DNA of 64,000 bases from Antedon mediterranea. Its lineage: Eukaryota; Animalia; Echinodermata. Where the stretch lies: contig NC_092673.1 in NCBI RefSeq assembly GCF_964355755.1, forward strand, positions 10,044,001 to 10,108,000, written 5' to 3'. Made by a program: the position numbers and the translations under genes. The notes below the pieces were generated by a model. It was not told where the DNA came from. It saw nothing but the letters and a program-made list of their open reading frames with translations, and did not search any database. This document shows positions 1 to 12,847 of this stretch, piece after piece. Numbering within the stretch: position 1 is the first letter of the stretch; each line of letters begins with the position of its first letter.

Positions 1-1226
1 GAAGGACATTATCTCAGCAACAACATATTAACGTGTAGAAAAAATTTGAATACGTAAAATATAGATGCGCGCTCTTTTAATTGTGATGAACTATGACGCA
101 AAAGATGAAAATACGACTTTTTTTTATTCAACTGGCCATATGATGACGTCACAACGTCGGATTGGAAAAATGTTCACATGAATTCGTATCTACAATACAA
201 TAGCTTCCAGAAAATGTTTTAATCATGATTATCGTTTTTTATTCTGACGCGTCTATAACAGATTGAAAGTTACTGTAAAGATGAAAATAAGTGACCCACG
301 TTATTTACATTTTTAGACATGATGACGTCTTAAAAATTAAAATATTTTTTTCCTCATGCGGAAGATAATTGATTGACCTAGACAATATCAAAATCGGGGT
401 GAAAATGGAAAACGGATAAGGGGAGATGCGCTCTATTAAATGTGATGCGCTATGATAAAAGATACAAAAATTCTATATTTTATATTCGAGTGGCCATACG
501 ATGACGTCATAATGTCTGGTTAGCCATATTAATGTATGATCCGATATCTACAACTCATCAACTTCCAGAATATGTAATAAAAACAACTTTCACCATTTAG
601 TTTAGAAACTACGACTGTTTAAAAAAGGCACAATTTTGACAAATTTTGACGAATTTTTGAAATTTTTTTATCTAAAACGCACGTAAATTATCAAATTCGA
701 CGTGCCCGTATGACGTAATTTTAAGTCAAAATTGTTTAAAAGTTGGTATTACTAGAAAAGGCTGGAAAAACATAAATCATTCGAAAAAATTATGTCTTAA
801 CGCGACGTGCGCAGCGCGCGCGTAAAAATTTGCGTTCACTTGGGAATTTTTGACATGCTCAAAATGACATGAAACGCGTAGAAAGTTTATTAGAAATTGA
901 TTTTCCGCATTTTGAAATTTTAAACACGCGTGCGCATTTAACTTCGTGTGAAACATGCCATTTTTTTTCCACAGCTACTTAGCGCAAAACATAAATTAAA
1001 CTTTTGCTAAGTTTCAAATTAAAATGTTATATGGTTTTCGATCTATGTTAAAAACGCGAAATTCATAAAAACGCGCGTAAGTCACGTTGCGCAATTCTGA
1101 CGTCATTCACAATAGCAGGTGCACAACTTCATGTGAATGCCCACATGTTGACAAAGTTATGAAATGTTATGTTTACACGTTTTAGAGATAACCTTTGCAC
1201 AAAAATGACAGAAAGAAAGAAGACAG
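1..1226 (-). mobile_element. Non-autonomous Helentron/HINE unit of the main family (partial, cut by the window start)
   Basis: Body aligns by eye with the units of the 13-42 kb array. It ends in the purine tract (cacaaaaatgacagaaagaaagaag) directly before the next unit's actag/hairpin at 1227. Confidence 0.8.
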
Positions 1227-2240
1227 ACTAGACATGAAACTCGTCACTTTGACGAGTTAGTTATCCGCACGACAAACGCCACGTGCACGTCATGCGTTGG
1301 AATATTGCACACAGAAAAAGATTATGGCATCATGACCTGAACTGAAGAATATTATATGTTTTTATTGCTGAATTCTGTTATTTTGTGTCATATTATTCAC
1401 AGTATAATCTTTATACATATTACATACAGTGTAAAATAGGTGAAATTACGGGACCCGCCATTTATTCCAATTTTTAACATAGCAATGGTATCAAAATGAA
1501 ACACTAAGATAGCAAGTTCGGAAGGAAATTATCTCAGCAACAACATATTAACGTGTAGAAGAAATTTGAATACGTTAAATATTGATGCGCGCACTTTTAA
1601 ATGTAATGAACTATGATGTAAAAGATGAAAATATAACTTTTTTTATTTAACTGGCCATATGATGATGTCACAACATCCGATTGGCAAAATGTTCACATGA
1701 TTTCATATCTACAATCCAATAGCTTCCAGAAAATGTTTTAATCGTGATTATCACATTTTATTTTTACGGGCTATTACAGATTAAAATTTACTGTAAAGAT
1801 GAAATTAATGACCCACGTAATTTAAATTTTTAGGCATGATGACGTCATAAAAATTAAAATATATCTCATGCGAAAGATAGTTGATTGACCTAGACAATAT
1901 TAAAATCTCGGAGAAAAAGGAATACGTATAAGCGTGATGCGCTCCATTGAATATGATGAGCAATAACGAAAGACAATAAAATCCTATATTTTACATTCGT
2001 GTGGCCATATGATGACGTCACAACATCCGTGAGGTAAAAATTCTGCATGAATTCTGCTTACATATTAAGTTAAACAAATTAGCGGTAATTGTTGATCCTG
2101 GCATAATTTTGACAACATTTTGTAACTTTTTCAACTAAAATGCGCGCAAATGGGCTAAATCAACGTGTTCGTATGACGTAATTTTAATTTGAAATGATGT
2201 CAATCTTTTTGAAAATGAGTAGGAAAGGCTGGAAAATCAC
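1227..2240 (-). mobile_element. Helentron/HINE unit, main family, 5'-truncated
   Basis: Minus-strand 3' end: subTIR gcggataact, hairpin aactcgtca-aag-tgacgagtt (1238-1258) and terminal CTAGT (1227-1231). The left boundary is exact and the right boundary is approximate. Confidence 0.8.
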
Positions 2241-3200
2241 AATTCAAGAGAAAAAAACATGATGAATATATGATTATAGTGCTGAGTTGTACCTATTATG
2301 TGTCATATATAATATGTACAGCATAGGAAAAATTACGGGACCCACATCATGTCCTAATTTTTTGGTATGATGACGTCAAAATAAACTTGACGATCCAAAA
2401 TTTCGAAAGATAATGAATTGAGCAAAAAATTATTAGATTTGGAAGAAAATTTGGCAGGTAGAAGCGTACTGCGTGCTCTTTGAAATTTGTATGAATTTGA
2501 CGAAAGAGAGAAAAAAACTACTTTTTAACTTCAACTGGCCATTTCATAACGTCAAAACCTCCGATAGGCTTAATTTGTATATGAATTTATTCATATCTAC
2601 ATTTCATCAGCATTCATAATAAATTATATTCATCAAGGTCACATTTAATTCTGAAGAGCTGTAAGATATTCAAATGTATGATGTAGGTGAAATTACACGA
2701 CATACGTTATTCAAGTTTTTACGCGTGATGACGTCATCAAAATGAAAATATTGACAACTCATGAGAAAGATAACTAATTAAGCAATCATATACTAAAATT
2801 TTAGCGAAAATCGGGCACAAAATAACCGAGATGCGTTCTGTTGAATATGATAATCTATGACGAAAGAGAAAAAAACCAAATTTTTAAATTCGAGTGGCCA
2901 ATTGGTGACGTCACAACCTTTTGTACGTCAAATGTGTACATGAATTCATATCTACAACTCAATGGCTTCCAGAATAATTAAAAAAAATTGGGGGTCACCG
3001 TGCATTCTGAAGAATTATTTTCATTTAAAAAATGCCTTATTTTTCATCATTTTCAGCACTTTCATGCAATTAATGTGCGCATTTTGACATTTTTAACCTG
3101 CTCGTATAGCGCTATTTTAAGTCGGAACTGACTCAAATTTGGATGGTGAGTAAAATGCGATTTGTAAAAAAAATTCATATTTTTTACGGTTTTTAAGTAC
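2241..3200 (-). mobile_element. Older, diverged HINE-related fragment with ~350-bp internal repeats
   Basis: Degenerate versions of main-family motifs (aaattacgggaccc, tggcc-N-tgacgtcacaac, atatctacaactca) recur with ~350-bp spacing. Boundaries are approximate. Confidence 0.55.
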
Positions 3201-3560
3201 ATATTTTGCATTTCTTGGTAACAATAAGTAGGGTACTGTATAAACTGTTTAATTAAAAATTGTTATATCAAAAAATCATGCAACATTTTGATCTCAAATA
3301 ATATTACCAATAGTGGTTGTGTAGTTTTATTTAAAGCCTGTAGACAACATTTTAGTATTTAGTGTTTTTGTGGGGTACAAAATAACATTATGCATGACTT
3401 GTTGGAGGGTATACATTATTGAAAAAAAAATTAATGATTTTGTTTTAATATGAGGATAGGAGCTTAATAAAAACATTTATTTCATCATGAAATTTCAGGG
3501 TTGATAAACTATTTTATAATTTATCGTGATTATAAACTAAGTCTCACTTAAGGCTTAAGG

Positions 3561-3669
3561 AGTGGAGTTGAAAGCGTCGTGAGTTACAAGCCTGGCACTA
3601 GGTCAGGATTGAACCCCGGACCTTGGGATTGGAAGGCAAGCACGTTAACCACCAAGCTACAGCTCCACT
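3561..3669 (-). ncRNA. tRNA-derived (SINE-head-like) Pol III cassette inside the Academ-like element
   Basis: Minus strand has A box TAGCTTGGTGG, a CTTCCAA loop and B box GGTTCAATCC. The ends AGTGGAG/CTCCACT are complementary. A second copy lies at 50172-50276. There is no canonical acceptor stem. Confidence 0.55.
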
Positions 3670-5392
3670 ACTTTAGATAGAGTATTTGGTTATTTTTTAA
3701 ATACATATCCTCCGGCTACTGTTTTTAGGCTATACTGTATAAATTGTTATTATTTTACAGATTGTACTTTAAATCAATTAATCGACTTATATAGTAATTT
3801 TAAAAATGACACTAGGGCCTACCAATTAAATTTGTATTTAAAAGATATTCTTTTTCTATAAATGTTCATCTGACATTTTCCTGTATCTTGGTTTACAAAA
3901 ATGAACTCCGTAACAATATGTAAATGTTTCAGATCTGCATATCAGCTGCAGTTTAGCAATTCACAATTTCTAGAAAAATTTATTCTATTATATTACATCG
4001 TCAAATTCCAGTAAAGCCTACATCATTTAAAACAACTGGGTACGGTATATATAGAAATCTTTAAAAGACATGATTTTGTTATCGCAAACTGAAGTATGAT
4101 CTTGTGCAATGTTCCTTGACATTTTGGAATGTGATACTTTGCAAGTTTCCGGATTTTGATCAACGTTACCGTTAATATCTTTTAAAATGTTATGAAAAAG
4201 CTGACGAAAATACTAGAACCAAGTACACTGGTACAGCACGTTATAGTCTTCAGTCTGTATTCTCTAGAGATGTGAAGGGCATCCAACAATGGATAGAAAC
4301 ACTATTTGGCTCAGTGGCGTCTGTGAGCAATGAGGAAAATGTAAAGTATGCATGACAGTCTCTTCTGAAGATGTACCAGATATGATTTTTCCTTCCTGTG
4401 TAAATTGTATTGACTGGACCTTCTCACCTAACTTTAGGTGATTGTGTCAGAGTTATCCTCCAATATAATTGTTAATTTCCATGTCAATGTCTCTATCGAC
4501 ACAATTCTTTGGGTCTTTTCCAGGAGTCCAGAAAATACAAAGAGACTGAAGACCGTAACATGCTGCACCAGTGTTCTTGGTTAAAACATTGGTTAATAGA
4601 TATTAATGGTAACCTTGATCAAAATGGGGAAAACTTACAACCACCTTCGACCATGCCAAGATACAACATGGCACATACTTCAAACTGCGATATGAAAACA
4701 TAGAGATACCCAGTTCTTTCAAACGTATGTGGAAGATGTGGAACTGCAGCTAATATGAAAATCTAAAAAATTGACATATTAATGAGTTTGGATAAACTAA
4801 CTGTTTTCTTTAAATCAAGATGAAGTAAAATGTAATTGTCCTTTAATATTACAATACCATAACAGTTTTGTTTAGAAAACTATCTCATTTGCATTTGCAA
4901 ACCAGATGAACAATTATAACCTTAGAATATCTTATCAGTTACAAATAAAAGATATAATTGGTAATCTAAACAATTTCTATGATTACTATAGACAATTGAA
5001 TGTTTAGAATATATGTAAATTATAAAAAACAATTTACAACACAGAAGCTGGATATGTTTATTATCAATATGTAATAACAATGAAACATCAAAGATATATT
5101 TATTATCCTCATATTTAAAATTCATTTATTTTAATTAATAATAAATCAAATAATGTATACCTTCCAAAAAGTCATGCATTTTGTTATTTTGTACCCCATA
5201 CAATACTAAACGGTGAATTTTTTTCTATAGGTTTAATAAGTTAAAAACCACATAAATCTATTGGTAATAACATTTTGATAATTTTTTAATATATAGCAAT
5301 TAAACTTATTGGTTCCTAGAAATGCAAAATATGTTGACTAAATTCAAAGTTATTAGCAAAAATGTTACCCCTTACTCCATAATTTTTAATAA

Positions 5393-6814
5393 TTAGGTTA
5401 TATGCATTATCATGCATATAACCTCTTGATTCTGTCAAAATCTTTATTTATTTATTTATTTATTTATTCTTTCCTTAGCACTATTTTGTCCGTGAATTAT
5501 CTTGATATCAGTTTCATCTATCTAAGTCAATTTTTCAGAGTATATTCCTTATGGCCAGGAATCGATGTGGTTATGTTTTCAGGGTGCGCAATCAAACATT
5601 ACGCGGTCTACGCGCGATTTAACGAAATCACGTTTGTAATCATATCTTCACAAGCATGAATCACTTTTAAACAAAATTTGGTACTCATAAATTTCAGGTC
5701 ATATTTCATCATATGGCAATACAATTACGTGCGTAGCACATATAACGCATGCGTACGCGCGCTTAAAATGTAGAAAATTGTCAGAATTTATTTTCGATGA
5801 AATTAGAGTACGTTTCAGGCAATTTTAAGCGTTTAAAAAATTGCCATGAGTGCGCAGATTTTTGCACGCGCACTGCGCATCAAACGTTAATGTGCACTGT
5901 TTTTGTCCGATTACTGTTGTATAACCTTTCTTTAATAATATCATCATATTTTATTCACTTTTCAACGCGAAACAGCATTATACGAGCACGTCAAAAGTGA
6001 CAGGCTACGCACGTGTAAGTTAACAAAATGGTGAAAATATGCTAAATTTTAAAATTAATATATATCGTTAGAATGCTCGGGAACAACTATTTTTTATTTA
6101 ATTTTCTTGAAGTGTATATATCATATGTATGATTTATTATGAAATTAGAAGAACAAAAGTTGATTAAGTCATCATTAATGGCATATTAAATTTAACAAAA
6201 TTAATTTCGACAATCAAACAAATTATAACATTTTCTTAGGCCAAAATAACAAACTTAACATTAACTTTCTTCCTTAAGAAGTTCATATATTAAAGTTAAA
6301 AGTATATAGTTTGACAGTGCATCATTTTTTTTAATTTTTAAAGATGTCCATCATAGTAAAACATTATAATTCATTGCGGTATGTAATAATCTATCTGCAC
6401 CAAAGTGGTTACTGCATAGTAAATACACGGAGGAATCTTTCCATAACTTTAGTTTTAGTCAGTTGTGTATGGCTCGGTGGTCCGAGTACCGAGTTCGAGT
6501 CTCACCTTGGGAAACCAAACAAAATAAGATTTTTTTTATTATCCGTATTGGTTGTTCAATTGTATTTCTTAGTGTTAGATTATACACATGATTTATAATG
6601 AAATCTAAATAAAAACACAAATGTGGTTTATGACATTATTATACGCAGAAAGATCTTTGATCGGATTATGATACCGGCTATTGTATTTGCGTTAGCAAGA
6701 TCCTATCATATATTGTAAATAACTAATGATTCTGAGAAAATCAATCAATCAATTATCTTTATTTAAATCAATGCGTATAACCTATAATTCGTCATAGTGA
6801 CGAATTAAATCTAG
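5393..6814 (+). mobile_element. Complete non-autonomous Helentron/HINE, second family
   Basis: 5' hairpin aggttatatgca-ttatca-tgcatataacct followed by a (TTTA)n tract. 3' subTIR gcgtataacct, hairpin taattcgtca-tag-tgacgaatta (6785-6807) and CTAG (6811-6814). It interrupts the Academ TIR with no obvious TSD. Confidence 0.8.
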
Positions 6815-8111
6815 TTACAAATTACGGTACTATTACGGTCACAATTCCTAATATTATTACACATATTTATTTGTTTTTAATCTTTAACTTCAATTTCTTG
6901 TCCATTGTCTTTATAGGTTTTAAAAAAAAGTTAGATTTGGTGTATTTTTGCGTTAAATATTGAAACTTTATTAATGTTACATTTGGACGAAATTGCATTT
7001 CTTTAAATGTTCAATGACCATTTGACCTACAATGATGTCAATATATGTTACGTTTATTTTTTCACAATGAATATAACAATTAGGAAACCTACGCAGTACA
7101 TAATTAATACCAAAAATATGCAAATGTGATCACTAAATACAAAGTTATTAGGAAAATGGTAACCCCTTACCCTATAATTGTTAATAATACATTACTATTA
7201 ACAGACAGAATGTCCTCATAAATTCACAGAATACAGTATGTGTTTGTTAAATTCAATTTTCTTATTTATTGTGTCTATAGGTTTAAGAAAACATTAGTTT
7301 GCATAAGATATCTTGTATTTTTATGTTTAAAATTGAAATTTATAAGCTAATTTAGAAGAAATTGCATTTTTTATTAAAGGTCATTGACCTTTGACCTCTA
7401 AAAGACATCAATAGATGTTCGATTCATTTTTTAAAAGCATATTACAATAAAGAAATCCATACACTACATACTGATAGCAAGAAAATGCAAATCTGTTAAC
7501 TAAATTGTAAGTTATTCGCAAGAATGTTACCCCCTACCCCATAATTGTAACTGATTACAAATTACTAAAAACAACAAATTTCTTCATAATACACAGCATA
7601 GCATGTATTCATATTTTGTTAATCTTTAACTTCAATTTTCTTGTTTATTGGGTCTATATGTTCATGAAAACATCAGTTTGCATAACATCTATTGTATTTT
7701 TTTTGTTAAAAACTGAAAGTTATAAGTTAATATTAGACAAAAAATCATTTTTTACTAAAGTTCAATGACCTTCTGACCTCTAATGGTGTCAATAATTGTT
7801 GGATTTACTTAGAAAAATATATTACACTTAAGCAGTCTATGCACTACATATTGATACCAAGAAAATGCAAATCTGTTCATTAAATCCAGAGTTATTAGCA
7901 AAAGTGTTACCCCTACCCCAAAATTTTGTGTTGCATATTTTCCGTAGGCGGTGTTATATAATCCTAAAAAATGACTATTAAGCTGTACAATTGGCATTGC
8001 TAGCATGGATTTCTGAAAAGTAGACATATTAAGCTTTCCAAAAATGTATGGTAGCATTTGCCACCAATTTGATACTGCTTTCGCAAAAAACTGGACCTGG
8101 CCCATGGACTA

Positions 8112-8523
8112 AATTCATGCTCTAAATTGATCAAAATTTAATTTTGAGCAATTTAAATTTTTAACGCGCGATTTTACGCGCATGACCCTACGTGCACGTG
8201 CATTTTATTGACTAATATTTTTACCCTTTACCTGAAGTTTACGTATAGTGAATTTTATTGATATGTGAGAAAGAGTTATGGAGATATGATTGATAATGTG
8301 ATTTCACAAAATGGCGTATAAATGACGTCACGGGTGAGTGATCACACTGAAAAACTAACTACGACTAAACTAAATTATTTTAAAGATATTCTGAAATTTT
8401 TGTGATTATTGACATTTAACTTTTTCAGATAATTGACACACAAAATCTCTACAGAAAGAAATAAATAATAAAGATTTTATACAATAACAGTAGGGGATCA
8501 TTTTATTCTAAATGATCACCTAA
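8112..8523 (-). mobile_element. 5' portion of a third HINE family (aggtgatcattt subTIR)
   Basis: Hairpin taggggatcattt-tattct-aaatgatcaccta (8491-8522) follows a purine-rich tract. The same end occurs at 42239-42271 and 51407-51438. Confidence 0.6.
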
Positions 8524-9439
8524 AAAGATTGGGATCAGTGAATGGCCAGATTCCTAGAAATTGTGAATTGAAATTAAAGGTGGGAGGATTGGGTGGGCAT
8601 CTGCCTATGCCATCCTGTGGATGAACTGGTATTATCTGATTCTGATGAATAGTAGTTTACGAATATTGTAGCCCTAATAAATGCAACTGTGTAGTGGCAA
8701 ATCATTGAAGGTCAGCGTAACATTTTAAAATCCATAATATTAATGTTATTATTTATTTTAAACTATCATAATACATTTAAAATAATGCGCACTAGAAAAA
8801 ATATCAAAATACCATAACTTCACAAATAACGTGATTACATTTATGACCATAGTTTGAATATCTTTGCATTATTTAGTATATCACTTGTTGACCTATGTCA
8901 ACTGTTGCTCTTTTGATTGTGTATGATTGATTAACAGGATGATAAACATAACATTTTGTCTTAAATGTTAGTTTTTATAGGCAAATTTTGTGATTGATCA
9001 AAATTGACATTTGACCTTTAATTGCAAAGTATTTGTTTTATAAGGTGACTGAATAGATACTGTACCTATAACCATATACAAAATTAATATATTAAAAGAA
9101 AAAATTGAACTTCACTGATAAATTGGTAATAATTTAACATACTGTATATACATTGTTATAATTGGTAAATTTTTAACTTTGACCCCTTATCTCTTGAAAA
9201 TGTTTCCTATACTGATTGAAGTCTGATTTGATTAAATACAGTATTATAATTATATTAATCAAAATTATATTGAAATAACATAACTTAACTGATCAAATAA
9301 TTTGATACTTGTAAAGCCATCGAGAGTTTGGACAACTTTGCATTTATTTGGTAACTAACCAATATGCATATTAAAATGTTGACCTTTGACTTTATGTCAA
9401 CTGATGAAATGATGTATTCGCTCTCTTTTACATTGCATA

Positions 9440-12400
9440 TAGTAGAGCAGTTAAAGCCATAAAAATAGCCAAGTTGTGCACTTTATTACCAAAGCATGAA
9501 ACTTTCCACAAAGTTTCTTTGATGTATATAGATTCAAAATATCGGGGGGTGCCAAGTGTCCAACGTCCGGTATGGCGGCCATCTTGATTTCAAAATGGCC
9601 ACCATAAAAACAAAAAGTGTTCATATCTTGGCAACTATAAACAGTAGAGACTTGATTCTGGTGTTAAATTGTTCACAAACCACATATTTCTATTTGCTCT
9701 AATGAAAAGTTTCGTCCAAAAATGACCGGAAATGACGTTTCTTCCAGTTTGACCTTTGACCTCTTATCTGTATATCTCAGTAACTACTGATCATTTTCAA
9801 TCGATTTTGGTGTCATTTTGTTCAGAATAGAGACATTTATATTTGTAGTAATGAAACATTTTCACATAAAATGACTGGAAATACAATTTATAACCTTTGA
9901 CATATATAATTATGTGAACATACTGTATGTGGTTTAATTGGTATAAATGCACCTAATTTTTTTACCGAAATAAATGACATTTTTAACTTTTGATGTGATA
10001 GGATAGGCATAAAGTATGACAGATCACTGAGCTCATCTATGCCGACTTGTTTGCTAAACTGTGATGTGTCAATCGTTTTTTCGTTGCATCTTAAAAAATG
10101 TACTCCATTTTTATGGTAATGGGCCTTTGCTGTAAACCTTTCATCTGAATCCTTTTCCTTGATTTTCTCTAGTCATTGATTTTTTAGCAAAATCCGAACT
10201 AAATCAATTCGTAAAAGACATCTCAATATAATTATTCAATTAATCCTCAAATTAGTGACATTGACCTACAATATACTGTTCTGTACAAGACCTGAACAAT
10301 GTCTAATTTAATCAATCAAAGTAGTGGGTCCAGACAAAGAAGGGGGTGTCAGACCATCCACAGACAAAGAAGGGTTGTAAGACCATCCACATACAAAGAA
10401 GAGGGTGTAAGACCATCCACAGACAAAGAATGGGGTGTAAGACCATCCACAGACAAAGAAGGGTTGTAAGACCATCCACATACAAAGAAGAGGGTGTAAG
10501 ACCATCCACAGACAAAGAAGGAGGTGTAAGACCATCCACAGACAAAGAAGTGGGTGTAAGACCATCAACACACAAAGAAGGAGGTATAAGACCATCCACA
10601 GACAAAGAAAGGGGTGTAAGGCCATCTACAGACAAAGAAGGGAGTGTAGGACCGTCCACAGACAAAGAAGGGGGTATTAGACCATCCACTGACAAAAAAA
10701 GGGTATAGGACCATCCACAGACAAAGAAGGGGGCGTAGGACTGTCCACAGACAAAGAAGGGGGTGCAAGACCATCCACTGACAAAGAAAGGGGTATAGGA
10801 CCACTTACAGACAAAGAAGAGGGTATAAGACCATCCACAGACAAAGAAGGGGTGTGGGACCATCCACAGACAAAGAAGGGGGTGTAGGACCATCCACAGA
10901 CAAAGAAGGGGAGAAGATCATCCACAGACAAAGAAGGGGATATAAGACCATCCACGGACAAAGAAGGGGATATAAGACCATCCACAGACAAAGAAATAAG
11001 ACCATCCACAGACAAAGAAGTGGGTGTAAGACCATCCACAGACAAATTAAAGGAGTGCAAGACCATCCACACACAAAGAAAGGGGTGTAAGACCATCCAC
11101 ATACAAAAAAGGGGTGTAATACCATCAACGGACAAAGAAAGTGGTGTAATACCATCAACAGACAAAGAAGGGGGTATAAGGTCATCCACAGGCACAGAAG
11201 AGGGTGTAAGACCATCCACAGACAAAGAAGGGGGTGTAGGACCGTCCACAGACAAAGAAGGGGTGTAAGACCATCCACCACTGACAAAGAAAGGAGTATA
11301 GGACCACTTACAGACAAAGAAGGGGTATAAGACCATCCACAGACAAAAAAAGGAGGTTTAGGACCATCCACAGACAAAGAAGGGGTGTCGGACCATCCAC
11401 AATACAAAGAAGGACATGTAAGACCACCAACAGACAAAGAAGGGGTGTAAGACCATCCACATACAAGAAGGGATTATAAGACCATCTACAGACAAAGACA
11501 GGGGTGTAAGGCCATCCACACACAAAGAAAGGGGTTTAATACCATCAACAGACAAAGAAAGGGGTGTAATACCATCAACAGACACAGAAGGGGGTATAAG
11601 ACCATCCACAGACAAAGAAAGGGGTATATAAGACCGTCCACAGACAAAGAAAGGGGTGTAAGACCATCCACAGACAAAGAAGGGTGCATAAGACTATCCA
11701 CAGACAAAGAAGGGGGTGTAGGACCATCCACAGACAAAGAAGGGAGTGTAGGACCATCCACAGACAAAGAAGGGGTGTAAAAAGACCATCTACAGACAAA
11801 GAAATGGGTGTAACACCATCCACACACAAAGAAAGGGGTGTACAGTAATAATACCATCCACAGACAAAGAATGGGGTATAAGACCATCTACAGACAAAAA
11901 AGGACCATATTAACCGAGGAAGCATTCAAAAATAAGATGCAATCAAAATAGGCCTACCACTTGGAAAACAATAAATTGTAGAATAACTGAGGCTTGATTG
12001 TTGAAATAGAAAGGGTTCTTTGTAAGGTCATTAATAATATATTGATATAAACACAATTAGCATACTATTCATTTGACATTCAAGTACAGTCTGTCTCGAA
12101 AAGAAGCTCATACTATCACCTTTTCGAGGTTTTACGGTATTCAATAACATGTATGTTATTTCCTCTGTCAAACTATTAAAACTTTTAGCGAATCAGAAGG
12201 TTCCAACATCATTGAACTACGGTAATGACACCACCAAGCACAATGTTTACCAATTTTATGTACTATATACAATTTAAGTCCATTAATCATTTAATATAAT
12301 TACGCCTATCAGGTCAAAGTTCAAAATTAGGTGCACTTTAGACCAACAAAAACCACATACAGTATATTCACATAATTAAAAATCAATAAATTAATGTCAA

Positions 12401-12847
12401 AGGTCATAAATTTTATTTCCGGTCATTTTATGTGAAAATCTTTCATTACTACAAATATAAATGTATTTATTCTGAACAAAATGACACTAAAATCGATTGA
12501 AAATGACCAGTAGTTACAGAGATATACAAATACAAGGTCAAAGGTCAAACTGTGAGAAACGTCATTTCCGGTCATTTTTGGACGAAACTTTTCATTAGAG
12601 CAAATAGAAATATATAGTTTGTGAACAATTTGAGACCAGAATTAAGTCTCTAATGTGTATAGTTGCCAAGATATGAACATTTTTTGTTTTTATGGTGGCC
12701 ATTTTGAAATCAAGATGGCCGCCATACCGGACGTGGGACACTTGGCACCCCCCGATATTTTGAATCTATATACATCAAAGAAACTTTGTGCCAAGTTTCA
12801 TGCTTTGGTAATAAAATGCACAGCTCTTGTCATTAACTGCTCTACTA
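9440..12847. mobile_element. Non-autonomous Academ-like element with ~520-bp TIRs
   Basis: Termini tagtagagcagttaa and ttaactgctctacta, with a 3-bp TSD ATA (9437-9439, 12848-12850). Arm ~9440-9960 is inverted at ~12320-12847. Confidence 0.8.
10328..11908. repeat. 30-bp minisatellite, about 50 copies (consensus gaccatccacagacaaagaagggggtgtaa)
   Basis: Directly visible tandem units of about 29-31 bp with no unique spacers, located inside the Academ-like element. Confidence 0.97.

Larger units (their letters stand above)
3205..8111. mobile_element. Academ-like long-TIR DNA transposon, copy A (left TIR truncated, right terminus intact)
   Basis: Right terminus ...ctggcccatggacta (8111) is the reverse complement of tagtccatgggccag at 45614. 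Segment 3355-3420 is inverted at 5150-5210. The TIR contains ~350-bp subrepeats. TAG..CTA termini with long TIRs are typical of Academ. Confidence 0.65.

Noticed and set aside
3593-3666. Functional tRNA-Gly(TCC) gene
   Set aside because: The acceptor and anticodon stems do not pair canonically, the second copy has a deletion, and it is embedded in a transposon.
10308-11925. Many overlapping ORFs and a superficially CRISPR-like 30-bp repeat
   Set aside because: Pure tandem minisatellite with no unique spacers and no cas genes, in a eukaryotic context. The ORFs are repeat-translation artefacts.
12188-12260. Candidate upstream MRRF exon after ttttag
   Set aside because: The translations do not resemble MRRF and the site lies inside the Academ-like element.
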